64,000 bases of DNA from the IMG/VR virus record IMGVR_UViG_3300049216_000067. One strand, 5' to 3'. The stretch comes from a virus. A program made the translations under genes and the position numbers. The first letter of the stretch is position 1. Each line of letters begins with the position of its first letter. Below, one piece after another: positions 48,845-60,279 of the stretch. Below the pieces are notes generated by a model. That model had not been told where the DNA came from, did no database searches, and saw only the letters and a program-made list of their open reading frames with translations.

Positions 48845-49054
48845 CTACAGCTTCATGATCTTGTCAACAACTCTTTCATTTTCGATCACTAAAATCGCTC
48901 TTATCAAGTCTGGAATTGCATTATGTTTATAAGCAAAGTGATTCAAATATTCTTGCACCGTACCAGGATAGAGTTTTTTGAAATCGGCCTGACGACCCAG
49001 ATCAGAATTGATCCAGGTTATCAAACGTTTCGATGCTTCCTCGTAATGAGCCAT
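48845..49054 (-). CDS. Hypothetical protein
   Basis: TAATG-coupled to the AAA ATPase gene. Confidence 0.6.
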   Translation of the reverse strand: MAHYEEASKRLITWINSDLGRQADFKKLYPGTVQEYLNHFAYKHNAIPDLIRAILVIENERVVDKIMKL

Positions 49055-50112
49055 TACATGCGATCCAAATAATTGTATGTTACAGGCTTTGCTTTAGTGA
49101 GCGTTATTACCGCTCCGCTTTTCTCGAAGATATATCGTTGGCCACCTTGTTCGATTGATTTCAAATCGTTTGGTGTGACCTCGATAAACTGCTCAATAAC
49201 ATCTCCATCTTCATCTTTTCCTATTGGAAAGTCTACAACAAAATGTTTAGAAAGAGGGTTAGTTAAAACAGAATTGTTATATGAGTCTAAATTAATACGT
49301 ATACCGTTTACACTAAGAGTAATTTCATAATTGACTTGTGAAGCAAACTCCGCTTTGACGTTTAGCAATCTAATTACATCAACAACAGATTCACCGTATC
49401 GATTCATTTCCTCGACAACTGCCTTCAACATGTCGAAATTGAATTTATCAAACGTGTGAGCCACTTGAACGACTCTATCAATTTCAGACTGGTTTTTCAA
49501 ATTATCTTGGCAGAACTCACGAATAAACTGCTCGTCTATACCATCATAATCGATGATGTAGTAAATGCGTCCCGGCCTGTTCTTCATGTGCTGATCAATA
49601 GACCACTTGTTGTTAACCGTAAGCACAAACAACTTTTTAGAAGGAAACACACCGTCGAGAAGAGTCAACAACTGTTGTTGTTCCTCAGCATTGTAGACCT
49701 TGTCGTATTCATCAAGCAAAATTATGCAAGGTTGATCGATCAATTGCATAAAACTGTTGAATGCATCTCCACAAAAAGCGGAGTTAATGGTAAGAGTTGG
49801 GATGCCTATTTTTGCACCCTCAATGGCAATATTTTTTGCCAAAAGACTTTTTCCTGAACCTTTCTCACCACATAGCAAAATACCAGTGCTACCTTTACGG
49901 TCTTTAAAAGTGCTTATGATACGATTGGTGTTCTTCGACACATCACCGTAAATTTTTGGTGGCATCACAAAATCTTCTATTTGATCTAGATAGAAACCAA
50001 CACCAGGGGCTACCTTGATTGTGTAATTTCCAGCAGGAAGATTTTCATAAAGATCCATCTGCTCTTTAGAAGAGACCTTAAAAGTTGTTCCTGATTTAAG
50101 AAAGTAAGCCAT
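49054..50112 (-). CDS. AAA+ ATPase
   Basis: GEKGSGKS, ILLDEYDK, LLTLLDG, NRPGRI. Confidence 0.9.
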   Translation of the reverse strand: MAYFLKSGTTFKVSSKEQMDLYENLPAGNYTIKVAPGVGFYLDQIEDFVMPPKIYGDVSKNTNRIISTFKDRKGSTGILLCGEKGSGKSLLAKNIAIEGAKIGIPTLTINSAFCGDAFNSFMQLIDQPCIILLDEYDKVYNAEEQQQLLTLLDGVFPSKKLFVLTVNNKWSIDQHMKNRPGRIYYIIDYDGIDEQFIREFCQDNLKNQSEIDRVVQVAHTFDKFNFDMLKAVVEEMNRYGESVVDVIRLLNVKAEFASQVNYEITLSVNGIRINLDSYNNSVLTNPLSKHFVVDFPIGKDEDGDVIEQFIEVTPNDLKSIEQGGQRYIFEKSGAVITLTKAKPVTYNYLDRM

Positions 50113-50122
50113 TATTTTTCCT

Positions 50123-50809
50123 TTATGCGATTGGATCGGTTATTACAAGTTCAAATTCGTCATCAACAGGACGCAACATGATATTAGAACTGCCTAAATC
50201 ATTGCAGAAACCCCTGTTCTTTTGCAAAAGACGCGAAATACTTTTACAAGCCTCACGTAATTCCAAGTTGTTAATCACAGTGTCTATTTTGTCAGTACGA
50301 ATTGCTTCTCGAAGATAGGTAACTATTTGATGGATAATTTCCCAAGATGTCAACGACTGTGTATCCGTGACCTGTACACCCCAAGGTTCAGGCATCTTGA
50401 AATTAATAAATGAATCATGTGCTATGGCTGTTAACTGTTGGATGGACGCATCTCTCATTTCGACAAGCCTTTCCATAACGACACCGTAAACAATGACAGG
50501 TTGGTTTGTTTTATACCTGATAAAATTTTCAACTTTAGGAAAAAATCGGTTATTTTTCATCGTCACCACCATTTCTAGAAACGTATGATAACCGTCTCGG
50601 TCTAAACTTGGAGACTGACAAATCTTTAACACTTTATCACTGTCACCGATTTGGTAAACAGAACCATAAGAACCAGAGGCAATTTTTTGAGAACAACCGT
50701 TTGCATTCACTAAAGTTTTAATAAAATCGTGGCAATCCTGATTGACCGGCAACGGATGATGATAGTAATCAAACTGATCACTGTTTCTTAGGTCAAGTGC
50801 AGCATTCAT
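50123..50809 (-). CDS. Protein kinase-like protein
   Basis: ASGSYGSVY Gly loop, VLK, VMERL, NDLGSSNIM catalytic loop, ITDP. Confidence 0.75.
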   Translation of the reverse strand: MNAALDLRNSDQFDYYHHPLPVNQDCHDFIKTLVNANGCSQKIASGSYGSVYQIGDSDKVLKICQSPSLDRDGYHTFLEMVVTMKNNRFFPKVENFIRYKTNQPVIVYGVVMERLVEMRDASIQQLTAIAHDSFINFKMPEPWGVQVTDTQSLTSWEIIHQIVTYLREAIRTDKIDTVINNLELREACKSISRLLQKNRGFCNDLGSSNIMLRPVDDEFELVITDPIA

Positions 50810-50863
50810 TCGTGGTCTCCTATTAGAATGATTCTATTATACGTTGCTTTTAATAATTAGCAA

Positions 50864-53591
50864 CTACTTTTGTGGCCAAAGAACATCGCGAATCTTGTTG
50901 CGAAGTTCCCAGGTGGCACGCTCTTGTGCCACATACTCTGTGTGATCCGAAATATTGCGACCAACCGACAGAACGCCTTGAATCATCTTCAAAGCCGTCT
51001 CAATGTCCTCCAATTCGTCCACACGAACGTCATGTTTTAGGACAATGGTCAACGAATGTACTCTATCAGTCACGATGTTCTCCTTTCGGGATGTCGATTG
51101 GTTTGACGTTGGCAGGAAGCCATAGGTTGATTTCAGCAGCGCATCTCACACAGTAATAGGCATTTTCGACATCTGAATAGCAAACGGCAGGGCGATTATT
51201 ACACGCCCTTCTGTTGCATTTTCCGTGTGGTTTACCCTGATCTTCCATCACAGATCACCCCCTGTTTTCGTGATCCTGAACGAGACTCAACAGGCTGTCA
51301 AGCATCTGAAACTTCTCTGTTTCGAAGTATGACCAGAAATCGGCATCGTCTTCTTCGTTGAGCCTAGCTGCCCAGTACCTGGCACCATCGAGTGTGAAAT
51401 CGTCGCCTACTGCCTCGTGGGTGTATCGATGGAACACTGTGTAATGCGTCACAGTTTCAGGCTTTAGCTTGGCGTTGCTCGCAGAACCCATATATGTTAA
51501 CTCCTTGGTAAATCGGTGTAGGTAATTTCCTACACCGAGGATCATACCACAAGTTTCATGTCTGTACGGTAACCCACACAAAAAGATTTTACCAAAAATA
51601 TGTGCTGTCCTGTATAATGCTCAAAGGTGTCTGAACGTCGGAACTTTCGCCATTATCGTCATTACCAATAATGATTGCTCTGCCAGCAAAGGGTTGTAGC
51701 CCACCGGCAAACTCAAACATCGGGATGTCTGACTTAAACAGGCCCTCTTCATCGACGTACATCACATCATCACCAACGAGTACTGGTGCGTAAACGCTCT
51801 CGATCAGATCGCAGCCAATGGCAGAGTATAGGGAGCCAAGGTCGCCCGTTATGTCAATTTCGCGGACTTCCTTGACATTCGTATCAATAAGTATAGCTTT
51901 CATGGTTTAAGTTTCAACCGATTCTGTAATTTTCACGGATCGCATTGATTTCCTCTTCAAGATCCTTATCGAGATCTTTAAGAAAATCCCTTTTCCTTTC
52001 TTTATAAAGAGTTCGAAGTTGTTCGATTTCTTGCTTCATAAGCTTTTCGGAAAGTTCGATTTCTTGCTTCATATTCTTAATGTGGCGACGAATTTCTTTG
52101 ATGACCTGATTCACAGAACGACTGTCTGGATTGCCAAAAATCTCATCAGCACCGTCGCCAAAAAAATCATAAGTTTGAACATCGTTCATGAAGCCACCAC
52201 GACCGGCTTCCACTGGGCCAATTACCTCATCCAATTCTTTGAGTGTTTTGGGTACATTATCCTCTTCCAAAAGACTGGGTGCGTATGTCTCGATCAAGTT
52301 TTCGAGTTTGACTGGCTTCAAAATGAAACCTCGTTTGTTGAACCAGGGATCAAGACCACAATGACCGGCAGCACAGCACACAGTACCGCATTCGGTCTCA
52401 ACACCCCAATGACGCATATTCCAGTGTTTGGCGCGTTCGTGTTTCGGAAGACTGGTCAACACACGTTCGGCATTGACCCAACGTTCAATTTTTTCTTTGG
52501 GTGTGCATTCATCCCATTCTTTCATTTTAGACATAATATAATCTCCTTAAATTTGAAAAGCTAGTTTGAAAAAACCGTAGCCAGCTGCACCAAAACAAAA
52601 TAAAGCTGCTAAAACCATGGGAAGATCCCAAATGTTTTCGTAACCTTTGCCTGAAGTGCAAATAGAACGGTTCCGAGTATAACTAAGCCGAATAGTGCTT
52701 CAATGTACATACAATCTCCTATGTTTCCCGATTAGGGTAATCTTAATAGTTCAGAATTTAGATGTCAACTATTTCTTCTTAACCACAAAGACCCGAAGAA
52801 GATTGCTAATTATGTTATCCAGACATATTGCAACAATGACGATAATCCAGAAAGTCAAAAGGGACTATTGATACACCATTCTTTCATGTTCTGTACACCT
52901 TACCTGTTCCGTGACAGTGACCACACGTTACGGTGTCGTCACCAATTTCTTGAATGTCTCTTCGAAAGCGAATATCGGATTTCAAGTCTTTCTGTGCTTG
53001 GCGAAACCACGCAACTTTATCTTGTTCGGTTTTGAACGTCTTTGAGACCGGCTTTCCGTCAAGACGACCATCAAACAAAAATTGAAAATAGGCAGTAATC
53101 ATCGTTCTTCCACGACTGTCGTAATTGGTTCTGGAACCGGCAATAAAAGGGAATCTAACATCTTCCTAGCTTCTTCCAATGTGTCGAAAGAATTTGGAAT
53201 GAATCCAGGAAATGCAACAGTCAACCAAATGTTTTCTTCGCAAGCATAGTGGCTTGTCCATTCCTCGATCCAATACTTGACCTTGCCGCTAGGCCATTCT
53301 TCTTTCACAATCCGGTATTTTGGACGATCAGGCTCATCTTTCTTAGATGGCCTTCCCCAATGTGTAAAGAAGCCCATTTTACTTTTTCTTAGCCAGTGTG
53401 TAATAAGCGTAACGAACACCAGCGTCATCGAACTTGGTTTCAGAATTGATCTGAATGCCACGGTTCTTCAAATCATTGATGCGAGCCGCACAACGACGAA
53501 TACCGTAGTTACTGGCAATGACTTGGGTCATGTAGCCATGGTTGCGAAGGTGATTATAAACTTGTTCTGTCTGAGTCATCTCAATCTCCAT
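50864..53591 (-). CDS. Cluster of small early-type ORFs, including DUF3846-like (51589-51903) and winged-HTH (53379-53591)
   Basis: MYVDEEGL..FAG motif; QVYNHL..YGIRRCAARINDLKNRG; TTGACA-17-TAAGAT promoter near 52740-52768. Confidence 0.6.
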
Positions 53592-53640
53592 TAAGTGTAG
53601 TGAAGGTATTATTAAAACATTCTAATTCTTAAAAATCAAG

Positions 53641-54051
53641 TTAATCTTTCCATTGTGGGACAAACGGTGGCGGTTCTACGTATTCTCGGGTCGCGTAGTA
53701 TCCAAGAATCAAATCTTTGGCAGTCATATTACGAGGCTTATGACTGAGCATCATAATCAAATCTTTAGGAGCATGTTTTGTGTTCCATGCGGATCGCCCG
53801 TGATTACATTGGGCACATGCAGCGACGTATCTCTTTTCACTGTTATGGTTTTCATCCCATCGAGAAGGATTTAGACGATCAATCAGATGTTCTAACGTAC
53901 ATAACAAATTTGGCTGTTTCTTACCTGTAACATCTAATGGACCGCGAATCATGGGTCGTTTACAGTAATAACAAAGTCCACCTTGTTCATCAAATCTTCT
54001 ATTTCGTACAGGCTTCAAATCTTTATAGCCCCCGTATACAGTAGAAGACAT
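53641..54051 (-). CDS. HNH endonuclease
   Basis: QGGLCYYC..TLEHL..VAACAQCNHGR. Confidence 0.8.
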   Translation of the reverse strand: MSSTVYGGYKDLKPVRNRRFDEQGGLCYYCKRPMIRGPLDVTGKKQPNLLCTLEHLIDRLNPSRWDENHNSEKRYVAACAQCNHGRSAWNTKHAPKDLIMMLSHKPRNMTAKDLILGYYATREYVEPPPFVPQWKD

Positions 54052-54053
54052 AG

Positions 54054-55510
54054 TTATCCTTCTGACATTTTTAATAAAGCGTTTAAGACTTCAGCCAATT
54101 CAGAACTCGGTTCATTTCCTTTGATAGAATCGACTTTGGCCTGGAGAACTTTATTTTCGTCAATAACTCTATAATATTCCTTCTCCAATTTTATGAAATC
54201 TAGCTCCACAGTTTCTAATTTCCCTTTGAGGGATCTATTTTCTAGTTTCAGACAATCGAGTTCAATCTTATCCTTTCCGAATATCATTGTCTGCCTCCTG
54301 GCGCTTCTCTAGAAGTTCTGCAAGCGCCTTGGCCACATCCTTATCCCATAGGGATGCGCTGCCCTCACTGGCCTTTAGCTTGGCAGTAGCTGCCATCCAA
54401 TCAAGTCTCTCACTCGAAATCATTTAGGTCCTCAAACAACGGCTCGCCGTCAATTTCTTTAATTACACCAGATTTTAACACAGTAACTGTGTGGCACTGA
54501 CAATGATGCTCCAGTGCAATATCCCAATGGGCATAAACGTAAGCAGACCATTCGTGGTGAAATCCACACTTTGGACAAATGTGGCCAGTTCTAACTTCAT
54601 TGACATGTACGCCACCGCTAGGTAGCCATTTCCCTGAGATACAAGTGATGTATTTCATTACGACCCAAAAGTCTGTCTCGCTCCGTGAACCATTGTTCGG
54701 CAGTGATAGTGGCTTCAACTTCATCGGCCCTGCGTAAATGTTCTTCGAGCATGGCAACACGAATTTCAAGGAGTGCCTTATCTTCAGCAAGTCTTAAGAA
54801 TGCCGCTGCTCTTCGTTGATCAATAGTGCTCATAATTTTCCTCATCAGGTGAATAAAGCATATCGAACCACCAGTCAAAAAACTTTATGAAAAGCCAGAG
54901 CGTGCATGCGCTATCTACGGCAAGACATGTGAGTGTGATGATCATTGTGGGCCGCTCGTATCTTTGAGTAATAAGAGAATCAAAAGGACCAACGCAAAGA
55001 AAAACAGAAACCAGTTCATAGGCGAAAGAAGTCTAGGAACAATACTGTAATCAATCCTATTAAGAATACTGGAAGAAGGATAAACATTTGTAAGAATGTC
55101 TTCGGTGTAAAACCGAAAGTGTACAAATATAAAACGCTTATTGCTGTCCAACCGAGAAGTAAAAACCAGATCATTTAATTTCTCCTTACCAGTAAATAGC
55201 AACAACGTGGATCAGCACAACAAACATTAATACAAGAAACCCGACTAGACAGGTTTTAAGTATATTAACCAAAAAATTATCGTAGCTAAATTTCATTTTA
55301 TTCCTTTCCTGTCACGAAAAATTTACCCAACATATAAAATGGGCCGAAGATAATCATTAAAGCAAAACCAATAATAAACGCTGGTACGGCACCTATTCCG
55401 ACTAGTGTGTAGAAAAAGAACTTAATAACTTTCTTAAGAGGAATGATCAAATCATCTTCATCAAAGATGATGTAAGAAATGCATCCCACAATTGTTATAA
55501 AAGCAAGCAT
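54054..55510 (-). CDS. Small hypothetical and membrane ORFs
   Basis: Packed minus-strand ORFs, several hydrophobic. Confidence 0.5.
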
Positions 55511-55732
55511 AGCAATTATGAAAAGTGATGTGTCAGTTATTGCGTTTATAATCTATTTCTCGTGTTCATGGTTACTAGCATCATAATGTCCAGCGTCATA
55601 ACCAGACTCATAGCCATCGGCACGACCGGATTCATAACCCGCATCCCATACCTGTTTCCAATTGGCATCGACGCGAGCACCCGGACCAAAACCAATCGAT
55701 GCAAGAAATTCTTCAAAGGTCATAATAATTAC

Positions 55733-56431
55733 TCATGTTTCTGTTAGGTAGAGCCACTGAGTACCAGCTGCCTTCATATCAATCAGAATCTGAACTACAC
55801 GCTCAGCAAAGTCTGAAAGCACTTTGTCACAGTTTGCATCGTCAAGGTCACTAGAAATCCAAGCAACAACACGAGTAATATATTCAACAGCATAGGTGTA
55901 AATAAGAAGAGGATCACTACTAGCAATACAATTAGCAGCAAAAACAACATCACCAACAGCAGCAGACCAACTAGCAAGACTAGTACTCCAAGCACCAAAA
56001 CCAAAAGCATCCGTAGCAGCATCTCTAGCAGATTCTATATCAGTCACATTGCGACAGGTTTTTGCATGATTTGAAAGTCCTGCTCTGTCGAGTGCTTCGG
56101 CCAATGTGGTGTTAACTACCATTACAATAACACGCTTGACAAATTCAATCTCATCTAGCTGATCCTTAGTGCCAAGTTGGGCAATTCCGAGGCGACGAAG
56201 GCCAGCTGCTCTTGACTGAGAAGATGACCATTCACAATCATTCAACATGATCTTTAAAAGACGGAGTGTATCGCTGACACATCCGGGTTTATCAGAATGA
56301 GGCAGATCTAGGGCAAAACATACCGCTGCTTCAACGCACATTTGACCAGGAACTGGATCACCTAGACCCCTGACAAGTCCTTGGTCAATGGTCTGAAGAA
56401 CCTTGAGTGCAACCTGTTCATTGATTTCCAT
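55733..56431 (-). CDS. Phage protein with conserved N-domain and variable Ala-rich segment
   Basis: GLVRGLGDPVPGQMCVEAAVCFALDLPHSDKPGCV..LND..W..RAAGLRRL; RBS supports a start at MEINEQ. Confidence 0.65.
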   Translation of the reverse strand: MEINEQVALKVLQTIDQGLVRGLGDPVPGQMCVEAAVCFALDLPHSDKPGCVSDTLRLLKIMLNDCEWSSSQSRAAGLRRLGIAQLGTKDQLDEIEFVKRVIVMVVNTTLAEALDRAGLSNHAKTCRNVTDIESARDAATDAFGFGAWSTSLASWSAAVGDVVFAANCIASSDPLLIYTYAVEYITRVVAWISSDLDDANCDKVLSDFAERVVQILIDMKAAGTQWLYLTET

Positions 56432-56450
56432 GTAAACTCCTAACAGTTCT

Positions 56451-57871
56451 TTAATTAAAGGCCATGACGCGGTCAACTGCTGGCTTGGCAGGAGGAACGT
56501 CCCAACCAAACATGGAACCTGCCATGGCAGCTTGCTTCTCAGTGAAGCTAAAAGAGCCATACATGGAATCCCACAATTTAATTCTGTCCTCAGTATCGGC
56601 CTTAAGGAAACCTAACAAACCGTATTCCAAAAAGATCTTCTCACCAGTTGTCGGATGAAAGACCGGGAAAAGTTTATAGGTTTCGGTGCCGTGCTCTTTC
56701 ATGGTTCCTCCTAATAGGATCAGATTGAAGTGACTCTAAGAGAATCGAGTCGAGATGTCAAGGCTTTCTTTCTGCGGTGCAATTTCTTCAGGGCATTCTC
56801 GGCTCGCTTGGCCTTTCGTTCCCATCGTTCAATGGACGCATCAATGGCCAACATTTTCGAGTCCACGGTCTTAGGTTTCTTGACACCTTTCTTGAGGGTC
56901 TTTTCAATCAGACCTTTCTTCATCACCCATTCGACCATCTCACGTTCCAGAGTGGCATGGCCACCATCATGGGGCCTTGCACGAGGATGACGTTTCTTAA
57001 AGACATAATGAGAAGCATCATGGATCAGACGACCCCAACCCTTGTAATGACTCTTGGTCGGTTTGGTCGATGCCCAGCAACGTCTGGCTTTTTGCCTGTT
57101 GGTGCCAATAGGACGCCCACCACGCTGTTCCAGGACACCCACCGGGATATCCTTCGTCTTGCCGAAAGTCTTCACCAGGCGCTTATAAACACCCAGAGCG
57201 TCTTTCATGCTGATAGGAGGTAGAACCTCAGGAAGAGACTGTTCGACTGGTTCATAACGGGGATCATGGATCATCATTTAATCCTTAAATTAAAAAATGA
57301 CAATGATGACACTCTTGAAGTAATGAACTATTCAGTTTGCCACAGTTTTGACATTTCCATGGCAACTCACAGGTATTGGACATTGTCGTGGTGGTCGGCA
57401 CTTGCACAGGACAAGTGACCACATTCGGCGCATGTGCGCTTCCACAATTCGGGCAACGCCAGCCCATGGGCACAAATTCATTCATCGACATTACTGTTCC
57501 TCCTATACAACTAGGATCACTTTAATCTTAAAGAATTAAGATGTCAAGCAAGATGCGCAGCGCAAATCCAGCAACGATCAAAATTGCAACACCAAACAGA
57601 AATGCGTCTAGATCATTCATATGGCTAACGTTCCATTGACATCTAGAATTTTCTTGTCAATCTCGGCAATCTTCTGCTCGATTTCATCTAGAACACTTTC
57701 AACCCTAATAAGACCGATTTCTGAATCGTGGATCAATGTGTACCTACCATTGTCGATAACATTGTTAATTTTATTAATGGTATTGGTCATAGATATGGCT
57801 CCAACTTCCATATATCTGGAATGTGTATAATCATGAAGTTCGAGTATTTTGTGTTCAATTAAATAATACAT
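56451..57871 (-). CDS. Small early ORFs, including a basic protein with an HDASH..H metal motif (56720-57277)
   Basis: GRLIHDASHY..PHDGGHA; TTGACA-17-TAAAGT promoter near 57519-57547. Confidence 0.55.
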
Positions 57872-58348
57872 TGTTCTGTATCCTCAGTTTGTTTAGATAC
57901 TTCTATCATAGCAGAAAGATCTTTAATATTCATATTTGATGTTCCACGATTGACAATTTGTGATGTTCAAGATGACAAGATCTGCATAACCACTTGACTG
58001 TATGAGGATCGTTATAATCTTCGTGATGTGCTTGACTCTTTGGGTCATCACACATCTCACAGGCTTTCTTAATAATATGGCCACGTTTTAATAAGCCATC
58101 TAAATCACCGTGTTCTTATTACGGTCCTATTATCCCAGCGAACCTTTTAAGACTCAAAATTTTATTTTTAATTTTTTGAAACGGACTTATTAAGAAACGT
58201 GCAGCAGCGAACCTTTAAGAACAATCCTATTAAAATTTTTAAAATTAAAGAGAGCAACTAACGAAGGTACCCCGAACAGAGAGTAGAAGCCACTCCCCGG
58301 ATGGGACCCAGAAACACTGTATTTTTGACATAATAGGATTGGACATAT

Positions 58349-58491
58349 GCTCAGCACATGTGACATATGCTGTCGCATGGCTCAGCACATGTGACATATG
58401 CTGTCGCATGGCTCAGCACATGTGACATATGCTGTCGCATGGCTCAGCACATGTGACATATGCTGTCGCATGGCTCAGCACATGTGACATA
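58349..58491. repeat. Perfect tandem repeat, 31-bp unit, 4.6 copies
   Basis: GCTCAGCACATGTGACATATGCTGTCGCATG at 58349, 58380, 58411, 58442 and a partial copy at 58473. Confidence 0.95.
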
Positions 58492-58557
58492 AGAGTCAAG
58501 TATTAAAACTGTGACACAGTAAGCACTAATAGCACTCCATTACAATGCATTATGGTT

Positions 58558-59121
58558 AATAGGAACTTGTCCGGACGGACATAGGGCTTGACAATACGAT
58601 ATTGTGACGCACAGCACAGAATAGTTCCTATTAGGTGGGCTAATAAGACTGTCTAATGTAACATATTGTGTTTCTCACACTTGACACGCGACTGTCAATC
58701 ATTAATAGGACATAACATAGCTGTGTGCTGATAACGTGATGCACATCACAGATTATACAAATAGGAACTTGTCCGGACGGACATGGGGCTTGACATTATA
58801 AAAGTGTGAACCAGCGCACAGTAACGGCCTACGGCACGTAGGGATTAGTCCTATTAGTGCGCTCGGTGGACACTGCCTCAGTATGAAATTAATTAATAAT
58901 AAGGCATAATAGCATGAATAGAATTCATGTCGTTATTCGTTTGGGCTAGACTAGCTTCTATATCAAAGGGTTAATAGCAATAGGACAGCATAAGACGCTA
59001 TTAGAGCCGATCTAATAGGAAAGGTAATAAAGGGGCAGGGATAGACTGAAAGCCGCTATAAAGCGATCCTATTAGAATCAAATTGAACATAATCTTAATA
59101 GGAACTTGTCCGGACGGACAT
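58558..59121 (+). repeat. Dispersed 25-bp direct repeat, 3 copies
   Basis: AATAGGAACTTGTCCGGACGGACAT at 58558, 58760 and 59097. Confidence 0.95.
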
Positions 59122-59142
59122 AGGATTGTGGGGGGGGGACAC

Positions 59143-59168
59143 AAAAAAGCCCTGACTGGCAGGGCTTT
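59143..59168 (-). terminator. Intrinsic terminator for the leftward island genes
   Basis: AAAGCCCTG-CCAGT-CAGGGCTTTTTT. Confidence 0.8.
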
Positions 59169-59223
59169 GGTTAAGACTCACGGACGTTTCGTCTGTGATA
59201 AGACTCACGGCAGAGAGGGTTTC

Positions 59224-59544
59224 TTAGCGGTCAAACTCCATGAAACCGACACTAGCCACGACATAGGACCGATAGCCGGTCTCGGTCTCGATGATGAGGA
59301 TATCGCCGACACTGGTAGAGCGTGCCCATTCCATACCGTGGTCACGCGAACCAAAGAAGTTAACACCCATGTTTTCCCACCATAGTGATTCAATCGTGTT
59401 AGTCAGTTCGTATGCCTTGCTGAGCGAATCAGTCTCAACGGTAGCCACAAGCTTGTAGTCGCGCATAATCGTGGTGACTGAGGCGCGAAAGTCTTTCGGG
59501 ACTACGAAAGTCTGGTTATTGGCATGCCAGACTTGAATTGACAT
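59224..59544 (-). CDS. Hypothetical protein with RSTSVGD (YodL-like) motif
   Basis: AYELTNTI..ARSTSVGDIL..YVVASVGF; GGAG RBS before MSIQVW. Confidence 0.65.
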   Translation of the reverse strand: MSIQVWHANNQTFVVPKDFRASVTTIMRDYKLVATVETDSLSKAYELTNTIESLWWENMGVNFFGSRDHGMEWARSTSVGDILIIETETGYRSYVVASVGFMEFDR

Positions 59545-59603
59545 AATAGGATTCTCCTTTGGGTTATTGCTGCAAACGGTTCGTTTCGGTTCTAGAGTGA
59601 CTA

Positions 59604-59789
59604 TCATGAATGCGACTCCAGGCTATCAATCGCATAGTCCGCGTTCATGCTCTCAGCCAATTCGATTGCCTCAAAATCATAGAATTCCTGAGAGCCTATC
59701 ACCGCGTTAGTGAGTTCACTCCAAACGACAAATTTGCCGTCGCCTACGGAGCGAACCTGATACGGACCATTTAGTCTTTTGTTGCCCAT
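59604..59789 (-). CDS. Hypothetical protein
   Basis: AAAGGAG RBS; directly downstream of a sigma54 motif. Confidence 0.7.
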   Translation of the reverse strand: MGNKRLNGPYQVRSVGDGKFVVWSELTNAVIGSQEFYDFEAIELAESMNADYAIDSLESHS

Positions 59790-59827
59790 GCTCTGTATCT
59801 CCTTTGATGAATCGACCTAATAGGATC

Positions 59828-59844
59828 ATGCAAGGGGCATGCCA
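59828..59844 (-). promoter_or_regulatory. sigma54 -24/-12 promoter
   Basis: TGGCATGCCCCTTGCAT (GG-N10-GC). Confidence 0.8.
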
Positions 59845-59897
59845 ATAGCAAACAAAACAATCAGGGCGCTAATAGGATCATTCTACTAGCGTGACCC

Positions 59898-59912
59898 TGA
59901 CAAATTTTGTCA
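59898..59912. promoter_or_regulatory. Candidate enhancer (UAS) palindrome
   Basis: TGAC-AAATTTT-GTCA. Confidence 0.6.
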
Positions 59913-59933
59913 GTCTGTGACGGTTTCAGCCCT

Positions 59934-60011
59934 TTAGCGTCGATAGCTGCCAGTGTCGGTGACAGCAACGTAACAGGCGACGATTGCGGCAAACATTAAG
60001 AACATTGACAT
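59934..60011 (-). CDS. 25-aa hydrophobic peptide (not in the ORF track)
   Basis: MSMFLMFAAIVACYVAVTDTGSYRR behind AAAGGAGTACACCAT, identical to the leader of 60027-60239. Confidence 0.55.
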   Translation of the reverse strand: MSMFLMFAAIVACYVAVTDTGSYRR

Positions 60012-60026
60012 ATGGTGTACTCCTTT

Positions 60027-60239
60027 TTAGACAGTTTTGGACAATGAAACAATGTCAGTATCGTTTGACACTACATCGACGCGGCTTAAACCCGTGTAAA
60101 GAAATTTTTCCTTAATAATACGGTTCATTGCGCGGATTGCAGCGTTGCGCGTCGATGCCTCAATGCAAACAATGATGTTCCCGCTTGCATCGTAGCCAAT
60201 GGCATCATAAGTCTCGGTAGAGTCATAATCGCCTGACAT
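60027..60239 (-). CDS. Hypothetical protein
   Basis: Strong RBS AAAGGAGTACACCATATG. Confidence 0.7.
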   Translation of the reverse strand: MSGDYDSTETYDAIGYDASGNIIVCIEASTRNAAIRAMNRIIKEKFLYTGLSRVDVVSNDTDIVSLSKTV

Positions 60240-60279
60240 ATGGTGTACTCCTTTAAGTGAGAGTGATTTAACTTAATAG

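Noticed and set aside
58349-58491. CRISPR array
   Set aside because: The 31-bp units are directly adjacent with no unique spacers, and no cas genes are present
58558-59121. CRISPR-like 25-bp repeats
   Set aside because: Gaps of 177 and 312 bp are too long and uneven for spacers
59161-59225. Hammerhead ribozyme (minus strand ..UGA-GUC..GAC-GAAAC)
   Set aside because: The core reads GCCGUGA rather than CUGANGA, and I could not build stems I and III
58190-59393. Short ORFs 58190-58378, 59083-59385 and 59205-59393
   Set aside because: They run through repeats or a terminator, or overlap a better ORF, and lack an RBS
59519-59537. Fifth sigma54 promoter (TGGCATGCCAGACTTGA)
   Set aside because: No GC at the -12 position, and it lies antisense inside a coding region
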